In this document: positions 16,533-26,345 of the stretch, in pieces | Layout of the letters: every line of letters starts with the position of its first letter | Numbering within the stretch: position 1 is the stretch's first letter | IMG/VR virus record: IMGVR_UViG_3300031578_012080 | Coordinates: 1-63,022 of that record | Strand: one strand, 5' to 3' | Length of the DNA: 63,022 nt | DNA from: a virus | Lineage: Duplodnaviria; Caudoviricetes | Notes under the pieces: model-generated | Databases searched by the model: none | Told to the model about the DNA's origin: nothing | The model's input: the letters and a program-made list of their open reading frames with translations, nothing else | Translations under genes and position numbers: made by a program

Positions 16533-17087
16533 TTAATCTTCTTTTTTCATAATCCGATCTGCATGATCGACAAGCTTCTTCCATAAATCTTTATCTTTAT
16601 ACTTTTTACTATATAAAAAATTTCTAATTTCTGCTTTTGTAAAACCCTGTTTTAACATGTCAATAATCTGTTCAATTCTTGCTTGAATCTCTCCAGCATC
16701 TGTAACATATTTTTCATAATCTACTGAATTATCACCCTTAGTATAATCTACATGCGGAAAATCTTTATAAATATTCTGAAAAATATGTGTGACCTCATGC
16801 GTAACAACAGATTTTGGATTGTTTAAATATTTCTTTACATCTGCTTCACTTTTAATATCATATCTATCAACTTCCCTTAATGTCATGTAAACTCTTTTTG
16901 TTTTGTGATTTGACGATCCTCTTTCATCTTGTTCTCTAAATTCAAGCTTTATTTTATCAAGAATTTTTTCTAAATCTTTTTTCTCCTTGCCCTCATAAAT
17001 TTCGAGAAGACGATCCAAAATATATTTTCTTTTCTTAGGTGCATCTTTTAAATAGTATGTTTTTTCTAAGAAATCATCTTTAGCCAT
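16533..17087 (-). CDS. zincin-like metallopeptidase
   Basis: VVTHEVTHIFQ (HExxH) with downstream GEIQAR third-ligand Glu. Confidence 0.7.
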   Translation of the reverse strand: MAKDDFLEKTYYLKDAPKKRKYILDRLLEIYEGKEKKDLEKILDKIKLEFREQDERGSSNHKTKRVYMTLREVDRYDIKSEADVKKYLNNPKSVVTHEVTHIFQNIYKDFPHVDYTKGDNSVDYEKYVTDAGEIQARIEQIIDMLKQGFTKAEIRNFLYSKKYKDKDLWKKLVDHADRIMKKED

Positions 17088-17089
17088 AA

Positions 17090-17548
17090 TTAAAACCTAT
17101 TCAACGCCTCTTCAAATTTTTGTTTTAAAATGTTATTTATTCCATATTTACCATTATTATACGCTAAAACTGTTTTGTCTTTATTAGATTCTTTTAAAGA
17201 CAAATTCTTAATCATTTCAACTACAAATCCTTCTAAATTCTCTTTCTTTACATCTTCATTATCTTTTTTTAATTCATCACTTATTTTTTTAATTTGATTT
17301 TCAACATCAGATCTACTTATATTATCATCTTTTATCATTTCATAAAAACGGGAAATACTCACTTTTGCTGTTCCACCTGGGACAGTAATTGTTTTATCAT
17401 TCATTAAGTCATTATATAACTTTACTCTATCATCACGTGATAAAAACTCCATTAAAAAATCACCTTTGTCAATCCATGGTATGGAGATTTTTATTTTTGA
17501 AGCTTTTTCAAGAATAATATTATCAATAAGTTTATTTTCTTGTATCAT
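17090..17548 (-). CDS. hypothetical protein
   Basis: 152-aa ORF coupled to its neighbours. Confidence 0.65.
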   Translation of the reverse strand: MIQENKLIDNIILEKASKIKISIPWIDKGDFLMEFLSRDDRVKLYNDLMNDKTITVPGGTAKVSISRFYEMIKDDNISRSDVENQIKKISDELKKDNEDVKKENLEGFVVEMIKNLSLKESNKDKTVLAYNNGKYGINNILKQKFEEALNRF

Positions 17549-19322
17549 TTATAATATTCTCGATTATTGACGACTTACTTTCTTTATAGTTCATGTCACC
17601 GTCTAAATTTACTTTATTAAGCACATCATACGTTTCTTTGTTAATTTTTCTATCTTTTGATGCAGTTTTCCCAATATTTTTATTTTCTTCGGCCAACATA
17701 TTTTTAATATTTAATGCAAATGAAGCAACGATATTTCTATTACTTCTTTCATAAACTAACTCAGATTCATATTTTTCAATGTACTTGTTTGGCAAGAATG
17801 TCATAGCCTTCTTAAAGATCTTCTTAGCAGCTCTGGGTGAATTAGCGATAGGATTATTAGATAACATTAATCCTACCTTTTCACAACTACCAGATTTATT
17901 GTGGATACATCCTTTACAGTTTTTATTTGACTTCACTGCATGGATTAAACGTTTTCCTACATGACTGATATTAGAAAACGCTTTCCTCATTTCATCAGTT
18001 CTACAATTCGCATAAATATTAGAATCAATAAATACATACCCTAATTGACCATAATTTTTCTCAAGCTTACTTTTATTTTCTTTTACAAATCTTCGTACTT
18101 CATCAAGAGAAAATGCCTTTTTTAATCTTTGTTTTATTTCATCTAATGTTTTGCCGTTTGTCATAAGATTAAATGCATAATTTGTCATTCTTGATTCATT
18201 ATAATTAGCCTTATTCTCTAAATTGTTTACATCTTTTACAACTTCCTCATTCTTCAATTTCGCAAAATCAGTATCGAAATTGGAATGACTTTGTTTATTC
18301 ATAAAATCTTTAATTTTAGAAGCACTATAGATATTGAAATTTTCTACTTCTGTTGGTTTAAATCCTTCATCTAATAATCTTTTTGTTGCTTGTTTCTGAT
18401 CTAAACCATTAAAAATATGAGTTTTAAATACTGGAAATATCTCACCATTCTTTCTCTCTATAGAAACTCTTCTATTCTTTTCAATATTGTTTCTAACTAT
18501 TCTTTCTTTTGCTTGTTTCTTATCACTATCTCTTTTAAAAGAAACGACATTATCTTCATCAACCTTTGATGATGCTCTGATATTATCATCAAAATCTGAA
18601 ACAAAATCAGCCACAACTCTGTTTACGTCTTCACTTGCTAATCTTACAACATATTCTTTAACTATCGTTTCATTTATTGCTGACGAACTGGCAATTTTAT
18701 TGATGACAGCTTTAGCTTGACTCGAACTTGATATTTTTGGGTCTTGTTCAACTTTAAGATTGGTTAAAATACAATAACCTCGTTTTAACATTGAACAATC
18801 ATTACATTCTCCATCATCTCTTACTTTAGAGATAAATGATTGTGCTGCTTTTGTTCTATTTCTTAGATAACTTTTTATTTCATTACAATCTTTAAAACCT
18901 CTTTTATCAACATACACATAACCAATTTGTCCAAATTTGTCCATTAATGTTTTATACGCAAAACTATTAAGATATTGTCTTAAAAGTGATACTGCAAACT
19001 TACGCTTTAATTGCTCAATTAAACCATCAATGCTTGAACCATTATGTAATAAAACTAAGCATGCTTTTTCAATTTTCTTATTCTCTTGGTCATCTTTGAT
19101 TTCTTTATTGGCTACGGTTCTAACATTATCATCTGATAAATCAGTAGCCCTATCAAGATTTCTAGGATCATATTCAATATCAACTGTTTCAATCTTTTCG
19201 GGATCAAAATCAGCATTATCAGTTGCTAATTTATCAATATAATCAGGCAATTTATTTTTATCACTACCAATTATGCCTGAAAAGCCATTATCGAAAACAC
19301 CTTGAAATTCTTGAACACCCAT
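17532..19322 (-). CDS. hypothetical protein with internally duplicated Cys-cluster domain
   Basis: GQIGYVYVD...C...CNDC-x7-C and GQLGYVFID...C...CKGC-x7-C; AAGGAG RBS. Confidence 0.8.
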   Translation of the reverse strand: MGVQEFQGVFDNGFSGIIGSDKNKLPDYIDKLATDNADFDPEKIETVDIEYDPRNLDRATDLSDDNVRTVANKEIKDDQENKKIEKACLVLLHNGSSIDGLIEQLKRKFAVSLLRQYLNSFAYKTLMDKFGQIGYVYVDKRGFKDCNEIKSYLRNRTKAAQSFISKVRDDGECNDCSMLKRGYCILTNLKVEQDPKISSSSQAKAVINKIASSSAINETIVKEYVVRLASEDVNRVVADFVSDFDDNIRASSKVDEDNVVSFKRDSDKKQAKERIVRNNIEKNRRVSIERKNGEIFPVFKTHIFNGLDQKQATKRLLDEGFKPTEVENFNIYSASKIKDFMNKQSHSNFDTDFAKLKNEEVVKDVNNLENKANYNESRMTNYAFNLMTNGKTLDEIKQRLKKAFSLDEVRRFVKENKSKLEKNYGQLGYVFIDSNIYANCRTDEMRKAFSNISHVGKRLIHAVKSNKNCKGCIHNKSGSCEKVGLMLSNNPIANSPRAAKKIFKKAMTFLPNKYIEKYESELVYERSNRNIVASFALNIKNMLAEENKNIGKTASKDRKINKETYDVLNKVNLDGDMNYKESKSSIIENIINDTRK

Positions 19323-19335
19323 AATAACTCCTTTT

Positions 19336-19366
19336 TTGCTTCTCCCTTAGCGGTCGATTGAAGCAA
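19336..19366 (-). promoter_or_regulatory. intergenic stem-loop directly upstream of an RBS
   Basis: TTGCTTC/GAAGCAA 7-bp stem with a GC-rich interior, followed by AAAAGGAG. Confidence 0.4.
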
Positions 19367-19383
19367 GTTAAAATTTATTTATA

Positions 19384-19833
19384 TTAAGAAACTTTATCAG
19401 CTACACCATCTTCAAGCTCATTAAACATTCTTAAAACTGTTTTCCCATCTTCAGAAATTTTCCAAAAATCACCTGTCTCAAGATCTTGATAAACTTGTTT
19501 TTCAGCAAATTTAAAAATACCAAGTTGTCTGAATAATTTTGCTGTCTTAATAGGAAGTTTATCAGTTGCACCTTTTACATTATTAAATTGAGTTGCAATA
19601 CCATCAAAAACATGAAAATGTGATTCACCTGACTGTATTCTTCTAATTTCAGCATCTAAAGTATCTCCTGCAATTATATCATGTCTGGCAATCTTTCTAA
19701 TAACTGCACATGCCTGTTCTTTTGTAAAATTGCCGGTAAGAATACTTTTGTTATCTTCAAAAATTTGTATTTCACCTTCATCATCAATGTGCAATTTATC
19801 CAAAAAATCTGATTGACCTTCTCTTCTTACCAT
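19384..19833 (-). CDS. hypothetical protein
   Basis: AAGGAG RBS; C-terminal DLETGDFWKISEDG motif. Confidence 0.75.
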   Translation of the reverse strand: MVRREGQSDFLDKLHIDDEGEIQIFEDNKSILTGNFTKEQACAVIRKIARHDIIAGDTLDAEIRRIQSGESHFHVFDGIATQFNNVKGATDKLPIKTAKLFRQLGIFKFAEKQVYQDLETGDFWKISEDGKTVLRMFNELEDGVADKVS

Positions 19834-19855
19834 ATTGTGCTCCTTATATGTTATA

Positions 19856-20053
19856 TTATTTTATCTTCCGCTTTTTTAATAATTTGTTTCCTTTTATCAA
19901 CCAAACATTCTCAAAATCAATATTTTCAAATGGATCTTCCTTTTTAATACTTTCAATAAATGCTCTTTGTAATGTAAAATTAAAAGCCTTTTTTGTAAAA
20001 ACTTTATCTAAAAATGAACTTTGTTCTGCACGTGTAAACTTATACATCTTCAA
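19856..20053 (-). CDS. hypothetical protein
   Basis: Fills the gap in operon orientation; GAGG RBS near ATG 20047. Confidence 0.55.
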   Translation of the reverse strand: MKMYKFTRAEQSSFLDKVFTKKAFNFTLQRAFIESIKKEDPFENIDFENVWLIKGNKLLKKRKIK

Positions 20054-20420
20054 CTACCTCAACATCTGTATCATCTATATTACCTTTATCTTCCACGTCT
20101 TCTTTTGGCTTTTTTTCTTTTTTGGATTTTTCTTTAATTTTTGTTCCATCTCTAAATTCACTTATTTTTTCCAATTTATCGGCTAAAAAATTTAATGTTT
20201 TGGAAAATTCTTTTGCATATGATCTCAATACAGATGGTGCTGTTTTTAAAACACCATCACTAATTTGATCTAATCTTACCAATTCTATAATATCTAAAAA
20301 TATTGTTTGGTTTGAATACCCTTTCATAATTGCATTCAAAATGGCATGAATAAAATTACTTTTTGCATTTTGTTCAACTGATTCTGTAAGTACGTTAATT
20401 CTATCTGATTTTTTTTCCAT
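20040..20420 (-). CDS. hypothetical protein
   Basis: AAGGA RBS; first gene after an intergenic region containing TATAAT. Confidence 0.7.
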   Translation of the reverse strand: MEKKSDRINVLTESVEQNAKSNFIHAILNAIMKGYSNQTIFLDIIELVRLDQISDGVLKTAPSVLRSYAKEFSKTLNFLADKLEKISEFRDGTKIKEKSKKEKKPKEDVEDKGNIDDTDVEVVEDV

Positions 20421-20459
20421 TTAAATATCCTTAGAAAATAAGAACAAACCAAATTAATA

Positions 20460-20505
20460 ATATATGGTGTTATTATAGATATTATAAAAAGAAAAGAAAA
20501 GAAGA
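20460..20505 (-). promoter_or_regulatory. putative promoter: pyrimidine tract plus two TATAAT boxes
   Basis: Minus strand TCTTTTCTTTTCTTTTTATAATATCTATAAT; TATAAT at 20481-20486 and 20472-20477. Confidence 0.4.
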
Positions 20506-21225
20506 TTAAAGATGCAATTCTGGTTTTAATTTTACACGTGATTGTGTACAGTAAAGGGAGTTGTATTGTTGAAGTATATTAAAAATCTTGAGATATTTTT
20601 GTGCAGTTTTGTATCTTTCACTTTTATCATTAGGAATATTTCTTATTTTTTTAACACCAAGTGTTATTCTAATTCCTACCGTTCTATTTGTCATCTTTTT
20701 ATTTTCAATAATAATAATGTTGTCAGTTGCTTTTTTAAGATCATGTTCCTTAAAATATTCAACCATTGCAATCTTTTGTTTTTTAGTAACGTTATTACTA
20801 AGAAACTCTTCCATTTCAATTATATCAACTTGTCTAAGCATATATAATAATTTAATTCGTTTAAGTGATCTTTTTCTATAATAACATACCATTTCTTGAG
20901 AAACTTCTAATATTTTACCTATTATCTCCTGTTTTTTCTTAAAGAAATACGTAAAAACTATAACATATTTTTCTATTTCTGGAAGCATAGTATTAATTAT
21001 ATATAAAATTTCATCAATTTTAGCTTGTTTATCGATAGAGATTGAAATATCATTATTTTTATATAATGAATCAACATCGCTAAAAAATTTATCAATAATA
21101 GAACCATCAACTGCAATTTCTGTATTATGATATGTGTAGCCTTCAGCTTTTAGAATACTCAGTTTATTTTGAACTGTATTTGAAGAGTTACTAAAAGTAC
21201 TAAATGCATCTTTAGTTATCATCAT
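20506..21225 (-). CDS. sigma-70 region 4-like HTH protein
   Basis: MLPEIEKYVIVFTYFFKKKQEIIGKILEVSQEMV....KRSLKRIK; second degenerate HTH; no region 2; start set at ATG 21225 (GAGG RBS). Confidence 0.65.
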   Translation of the reverse strand: MMITKDAFSTFSNSSNTVQNKLSILKAEGYTYHNTEIAVDGSIIDKFFSDVDSLYKNNDISISIDKQAKIDEILYIINTMLPEIEKYVIVFTYFFKKKQEIIGKILEVSQEMVCYYRKRSLKRIKLLYMLRQVDIIEMEEFLSNNVTKKQKIAMVEYFKEHDLKKATDNIIIIENKKMTNRTVGIRITLGVKKIRNIPNDKSERYKTAQKYLKIFNILQQYNSLYCTQSRVKLKPELHL

Positions 21226-21376
21226 TTTCCTCTTCTTCATTTGATTTATTGCAGGAACAACTGTTGCAGATAAGAGTACCATTCTTTAATATTTCACCTT
21301 TATTAATTCCACATATAGTACATTTACCAGAAAGAATTGTTATTTTTTGAGGTGTTCCAATTTTAGTAAAAGCCAT
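21212..21376 (-). CDS. small Zn-ribbon protein
   Basis: CTIC...ICNSC; GGAG RBS before ATG 21376. Confidence 0.65.
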   Translation of the reverse strand: MAFTKIGTPQKITILSGKCTICGINKGEILKNGTLICNSCSCNKSNEEEENDDN

Positions 21377-21378
21377 AA

Positions 21379-22299
21379 TTAGTTCTCCATTATACATTCT
21401 TCAGGTTTTATATCAAATCTCATTCGATAATATTTTGGTTCTAAAAAATACATTTGATATCTGTCTAAAGCTTTTATCTCTACAACTTTACCAATATAAT
21501 CGCTTTTATTTTCAAATAAATCTCTTCTAATAGAAATGTCACTTATTGCACCGATTTTTTGAATATCTATTAAAATACCATTTGAATATTGACCTATAGA
21601 AATAGAACAACACTCTCCTTCTCTCTTAGGAGTATCAAATGCATCCATTAAAACAACAAGATAAGACTTTAAAAATTTAAGTATTTTCCATGCATTTGAC
21701 TTATAAAAATGATAAAATGATGTTGGTTTTCTTAAATAAAAAATAGGTGACTGCCCAATTACACCATTTAATGGTTTGTTTTTATAAAAAGAAGGGAAAT
21801 AAATTTTTGATTTTTTTATTTGTTCCATATCTATAATATTATCTTCAATTATTTTTCTTCTTTGTTCAAAATAAGTACTACTTAAGTCTTTTCCATCAAA
21901 GTAAATGACATCATAAATTATAAAAACAGGCATACCGTATTTATCAAATAACTTATTCATATTATCTAGCCCATGTTTATAAAATCTCAAAATATCTTTT
22001 AAAAAACATGAACCATCTAAAATTAAAATACCATCCAATAATGTGTTTCTTGGTAAATATAATCTTTTTAATCCATTTACAATATAATCAAATTTTTTAT
22101 GAAATAAACGAATATGTGGATCTATTTTTTGAATTTTACCATTAAATGTGATATCCTCTTTTATGAGGCACTGTAATCTTAAGCCTTGTTTTATAGATTC
22201 GGCAATATAATTTGACTCTTGAATATATTTTTGTAAAATATCTTCTGGTTTATCGGTTACAATTTTCTTTGGCAACATCAAGTTGACAAAATTAGCCAT
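21379..22299 (-). CDS. ATP-dependent DNA ligase-like protein with degenerate catalytic motifs
   Basis: YIAESIKQGLR (motif I), LLDGIL, FIIYDVIYFDG, FEQRR, C-terminal OB (IGKVVEIK, EPKYYRMRFDIKPEEC). Confidence 0.75.
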   Translation of the reverse strand: MANFVNLMLPKKIVTDKPEDILQKYIQESNYIAESIKQGLRLQCLIKEDITFNGKIQKIDPHIRLFHKKFDYIVNGLKRLYLPRNTLLDGILILDGSCFLKDILRFYKHGLDNMNKLFDKYGMPVFIIYDVIYFDGKDLSSTYFEQRRKIIEDNIIDMEQIKKSKIYFPSFYKNKPLNGVIGQSPIFYLRKPTSFYHFYKSNAWKILKFLKSYLVVLMDAFDTPKREGECCSISIGQYSNGILIDIQKIGAISDISIRRDLFENKSDYIGKVVEIKALDRYQMYFLEPKYYRMRFDIKPEECIMEN

Positions 22300-24691
22300 G
22301 CACAACTTCTACCTTACTTCCTGAAGTAGTTTTATTTATAATAATTTCATCCTTTTGTAAAATATTTTTGAGCTCTTCAATATGAGTAATTACAAAAATC
22401 TGCTTATACTCTTTTGAAATAGAATGTATTATTTTTCCAAATTGTTCTATTCCATGTTTATCTAGTTTTGCAATTTTTTCATCTATAATTAATGCTTCGT
22501 GTTTTTTACCTGCTCTCATAGATAATAGACTTGCCAATCCAAAAATAATACTAAAAACTATTCTTACTGTTTCACCACCCGAATAGTTCTGTAGATTCCT
22601 CAAATCATTTTCACCTTCATCAACATATATTTCAAGTCCACCACCTTTTTTTCTTTCACCACTTTGGGTCTTTGGATCTAAATCAAATTTTATTTTTATT
22701 TTATCTGAACCATCATTAAATTCCCGCATCAAATTATTAGAATATTTTTCCAACATAGGAATTGCATTTTGCATCAACATTTTTTGAATTCCATCTTTCC
22801 CAAAATATTTTGTTAAATGCAAAAATGCTGATTTATATTTTCCATGACTTTTATTTTCTTCATTCAATTTATCAATATGTTTACGTGTTTTTTCAAAATC
22901 CTCTAATTTATCTTTTGCAATTCCTATTTCAATATTTCTTTTTGATATAACTTCATCATACTCTTTCATTTTTTCTTTTGTTAATTCAATTACACTATTT
23001 ATATTTTCCAGTTGTTCTTCATAATCATCACAATCCTTTTCTTTTATTTTCTTTACTTCTTCTTCTTTCTTTTTTATAGCCTCATCAAATTTATTAATTT
23101 CAATTTGTATATCTTCTCTATCTTTTTTCACATCTTTAAAATATTTTTCAATATCTTTTTCCTTCTGCACAAATACATTTATTTTTTCAGTCAAAGTATT
23201 AAACTTATTTTTTTGCTCATTTAGTGTTTGTATATCGTGAATCTTATTATTAAATTTTTTTGAAAATTCATCGTAAATACTTGATAATGTTGAAATATTA
23301 TCTCGATTATCAGCCATTTCATTATTTTTTATGTCTTCACTTGCTTTTAATTTATTTATTTTACCATATATTCCTGTTAATTTAATATTTATGACATTTT
23401 CTTTTTCTTTTATTTCTGCAAGCTCTGCAAGCTTATCACTTTTATAGTCATCTTTATAGTCATTATTAATTACTTCACATTGTTTCTCAGTTATTGGGCA
23501 TACATTTCCGAATTCCTCGATCTTATTCAATAACTTATTCACTTGAGCTTTTTCAGAAATTATTGTTGCTTTTTCTTTTTCATCTTCTTTTGTCTTTTCA
23601 TCTTCTTCTCTTATCTTCTTTCGTATATCACTTAATGATTTTTCTAATTCAATAATCAAATTTTCTTTTTCTTCTTTTTCTTTTTTAACATTAGACATTT
23701 TTGTTTCAATTAAATCATAAGATTCAATAATATTTGTATATTTTTCTATTTGAACATTTACTTCTACTTCTATTTCATTTCTAAATCCATCAACATTTTC
23801 TTTTTCTCTATCATACTTTAATCTTTGTTCACCCTCTTCTTTTTCAATCTCTTCTAAATCATCTAACAAACGGTTAAAATTCCTTGACAATTCAATTATT
23901 TCATTATTTATATTTTCAGTCTTACTTTTCTGTTCTTCTATACTATTACAGATGTTCTGTTTTTTATCTAAATATTTATCTAATTCCTCCATCTCTTCAT
24001 CTCTTAATTTGCTATGATCTATGAGTGATTCTTTACTAGATTTAAGATCATTTTTAATCTGACTTTCGTCTTTTAACTTCTCTTCACGATCTTCAATTAA
24101 TCGTTTGTTAATAATAATTTTTTCATCATATTCTTTAGACTTTTTACTTGATATTTTTGATGCGATTTCATATACATCAATATCCAATAATTCTCTAAAT
24201 ATTGTTTTTCTTTCACTACTTGTTCCATTAATGAATGCCAATGATTCTCTTTCATTGAGATATATTGTTGAGCTATATGTTTTAGCACTCAATCCTAATA
24301 TTGTTTCAATTTTTTTATCAGTTATTTTCCAATCATCTTGTCTCTCACCATTATTTCTATCATAAAATACTTCATGTGTAGCCGATGAACCACGCTTTTT
24401 ATTTCTTACACTTTTCCATCTTTTTCCATCTATCCAAAAAATAACTGCAGTGAATAACTCATCTGATGTCCAGTTTATATAATCATCTAAAATATCACTT
24501 CTTCCTGCTTCTTTCCCAAAAAGATTAAATGGAATCATTTCAAATAGTGAAGATTTACCTGAACCATTTGATAGATCAACATCATCATGTATTTTTCCAG
24601 TTACAAGACAATTTGTTATTCCACTTAAATCAACTACCTGTTTTTCTTGATAGCTTAAAAATCCGCCCAATTCCAATTTTTCAATCAGCAT
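22292..24691 (-). CDS. sbcC: SbcC/Rad50 (gp46-like) recombination ATPase
   Basis: SNGSGKSS Walker A, long coiled coil, YSGGE signature, IIDE..AKLD, VITH. Confidence 0.92.
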   Translation of the reverse strand: MLIEKLELGGFLSYQEKQVVDLSGITNCLVTGKIHDDVDLSNGSGKSSLFEMIPFNLFGKEAGRSDILDDYINWTSDELFTAVIFWIDGKRWKSVRNKKRGSSATHEVFYDRNNGERQDDWKITDKKIETILGLSAKTYSSTIYLNERESLAFINGTSSERKTIFRELLDIDVYEIASKISSKKSKEYDEKIIINKRLIEDREEKLKDESQIKNDLKSSKESLIDHSKLRDEEMEELDKYLDKKQNICNSIEEQKSKTENINNEIIELSRNFNRLLDDLEEIEKEEGEQRLKYDREKENVDGFRNEIEVEVNVQIEKYTNIIESYDLIETKMSNVKKEKEEKENLIIELEKSLSDIRKKIREEDEKTKEDEKEKATIISEKAQVNKLLNKIEEFGNVCPITEKQCEVINNDYKDDYKSDKLAELAEIKEKENVINIKLTGIYGKINKLKASEDIKNNEMADNRDNISTLSSIYDEFSKKFNNKIHDIQTLNEQKNKFNTLTEKINVFVQKEKDIEKYFKDVKKDREDIQIEINKFDEAIKKKEEEVKKIKEKDCDDYEEQLENINSVIELTKEKMKEYDEVISKRNIEIGIAKDKLEDFEKTRKHIDKLNEENKSHGKYKSAFLHLTKYFGKDGIQKMLMQNAIPMLEKYSNNLMREFNDGSDKIKIKFDLDPKTQSGERKKGGGLEIYVDEGENDLRNLQNYSGGETVRIVFSIIFGLASLLSMRAGKKHEALIIDEKIAKLDKHGIEQFGKIIHSISKEYKQIFVITHIEELKNILQKDEIIINKTTSGSKVEVVHG

Positions 24692-25884
24692 TATTTTACC
24701 TCAACGTTTAATACTTCATCAAGAATTTTTTTTCCCTCATCAACAATTATTTGATGTACATCTTTTTTAACTTCATCTTTCTTACCATCTGCATATTTAC
24801 TAAAAATATCCATATGGTCCAGTTCAGACATTTCTTTAACACTTATTTCAGATTTATCGTCTTCGTGGATTTCTGTTATTACTTTGCCAACATAGTTCCA
24901 TGATTTTTCTCTCAATTTTTTCTCAAGATCATCAATAGGAATCACTTTTTTATCAATTGCTTTTATTGTTAACTTTAATCTTGTTATTGAATATTTTAAA
25001 TTTGGTTCAATTTTTACAATTTCCTCTAATGTATTAAATTGTTCAATTGAATCACCTGTTAAATCAGCCTCAATTGTCATGAAATTTCTATCTTTAACTT
25101 CTATAAATTCATCTCTTCCATTTTCATAAAAATAAAAACCTTTTTTCTCTCCTTCTTCCCCAAAATCAACTTTTGCAATAGAACCCATATGCCGACAAAA
25201 ACTATTTAGTTCTTGTTGTTTATGTATATCTCCTAAATATACTTTTGTCCAAACTTTTTCATCAAATATTTTTAGTGGTATTGCTTTTCCATGTGACACA
25301 TATCCCAAATCAATACTGTTTCCAATTTTTGATGCATCTGTTCCAAAATGACCAAAAAATAATTTATGATCTGCTTGTGAAGCCTTTGCCCTTAATTGTA
25401 GTGCATCTATATGTTTCATTTGGTAATCATGAAATTCTTCTTTCTTAATATTCATTTCAATTTTATTAATATGAGGAAAAAAACATAATGTTGCACAATG
25501 TTTATCAATATTGAAAATTTCTTCTTTTTCAATAACATGTAAATTTGGTATTTGAGTGCTTAATTCCACAAGTTCCACAAGATCATGCGCTCTTGTTCTT
25601 CCTTGATCATGATTACCAAGCATTAAATAAACATCAATATCAAATGAAAGCATTTTTTCTATCTTTTGTGACAATAATCTTCTGAATATTTGATCAGGTC
25701 TTTTAATATGATAAAAATCACCAGTTATAATAATCATGTCTACATTTTGTTTTACAGCATAATCAATAGCTTGCTCAACATTATTAAGTATATCTTGTGT
25801 TCTTGTATCATATCCAAGATCAACATCCATTTTTCCATATTTATATCGACCTAAATGAATATCTGATAAAATTACTGCTTTCAT
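24691..25884 (-). CDS. sbcD: SbcD/Mre11 (gp47-like) nuclease
   Basis: SDIHLG, GDFYH, GNHD, GH, LGDIH metallophosphoesterase motifs. Confidence 0.92.
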   Translation of the reverse strand: MKAVILSDIHLGRYKYGKMDVDLGYDTRTQDILNNVEQAIDYAVKQNVDMIIITGDFYHIKRPDQIFRRLLSQKIEKMLSFDIDVYLMLGNHDQGRTRAHDLVELVELSTQIPNLHVIEKEEIFNIDKHCATLCFFPHINKIEMNIKKEEFHDYQMKHIDALQLRAKASQADHKLFFGHFGTDASKIGNSIDLGYVSHGKAIPLKIFDEKVWTKVYLGDIHKQQELNSFCRHMGSIAKVDFGEEGEKKGFYFYENGRDEFIEVKDRNFMTIEADLTGDSIEQFNTLEEIVKIEPNLKYSITRLKLTIKAIDKKVIPIDDLEKKLREKSWNYVGKVITEIHEDDKSEISVKEMSELDHMDIFSKYADGKKDEVKKDVHQIIVDEGKKILDEVLNVEVK

Positions 25885-26345
25885 TTTGTATCCTTCTTGA
25901 ATTTTAAAATCATATTGTTTGGATCTTTTTCTTTTGGTTTTTCTACATCATACATTTTAATTTTATCTTTTATATCATCTGAACTTATTAAAATCATATC
26001 TATTTGTTCTAATATAAAACGATATCTATCTGTAATATTATGCCAAACTTCTCCATCTTTTGAATCAGCCATCATACGTTTTTCTTCAAGTTTTTCTTTC
26101 AACCAAAATAAAGCATGCTGACCATTTACCATCCTTAAATTACTTTTATTTATTAATTCTAAAAATAATTCTATTTGCTCATTTGAAACTTTAGTAATCT
26201 GTAATCCTTCAGCCACTAACACTTGATTTAATAACCAATTTACAGATACTTCAGATTCTCTTACAAAAATACCTTGTTGTTCATCATATCTGTATTGTAT
26301 TTCAGGTGAAGTTTTACTTTTCCTTTTTATCGTCTTTTTCTTCAT
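25881..26345 (-). CDS. hypothetical protein
   Basis: 154-aa ORF coupled to sbcD. Confidence 0.65.
   Translation of the reverse strand: MKKKTIKRKSKTSPEIQYRYDEQQGIFVRESEVSVNWLLNQVLVAEGLQITKVSNEQIELFLELINKSNLRMVNGQHALFWLKEKLEEKRMMADSKDGEVWHNITDRYRFILEQIDMILISSDDIKDKIKMYDVEKPKEKDPNNMILKFKKDTK

Noticed and set aside
24097-24288. 63-aa minus-strand ORF inside sbcC
   Set aside because: Out-of-frame and fully nested, with no motif or RBS support.
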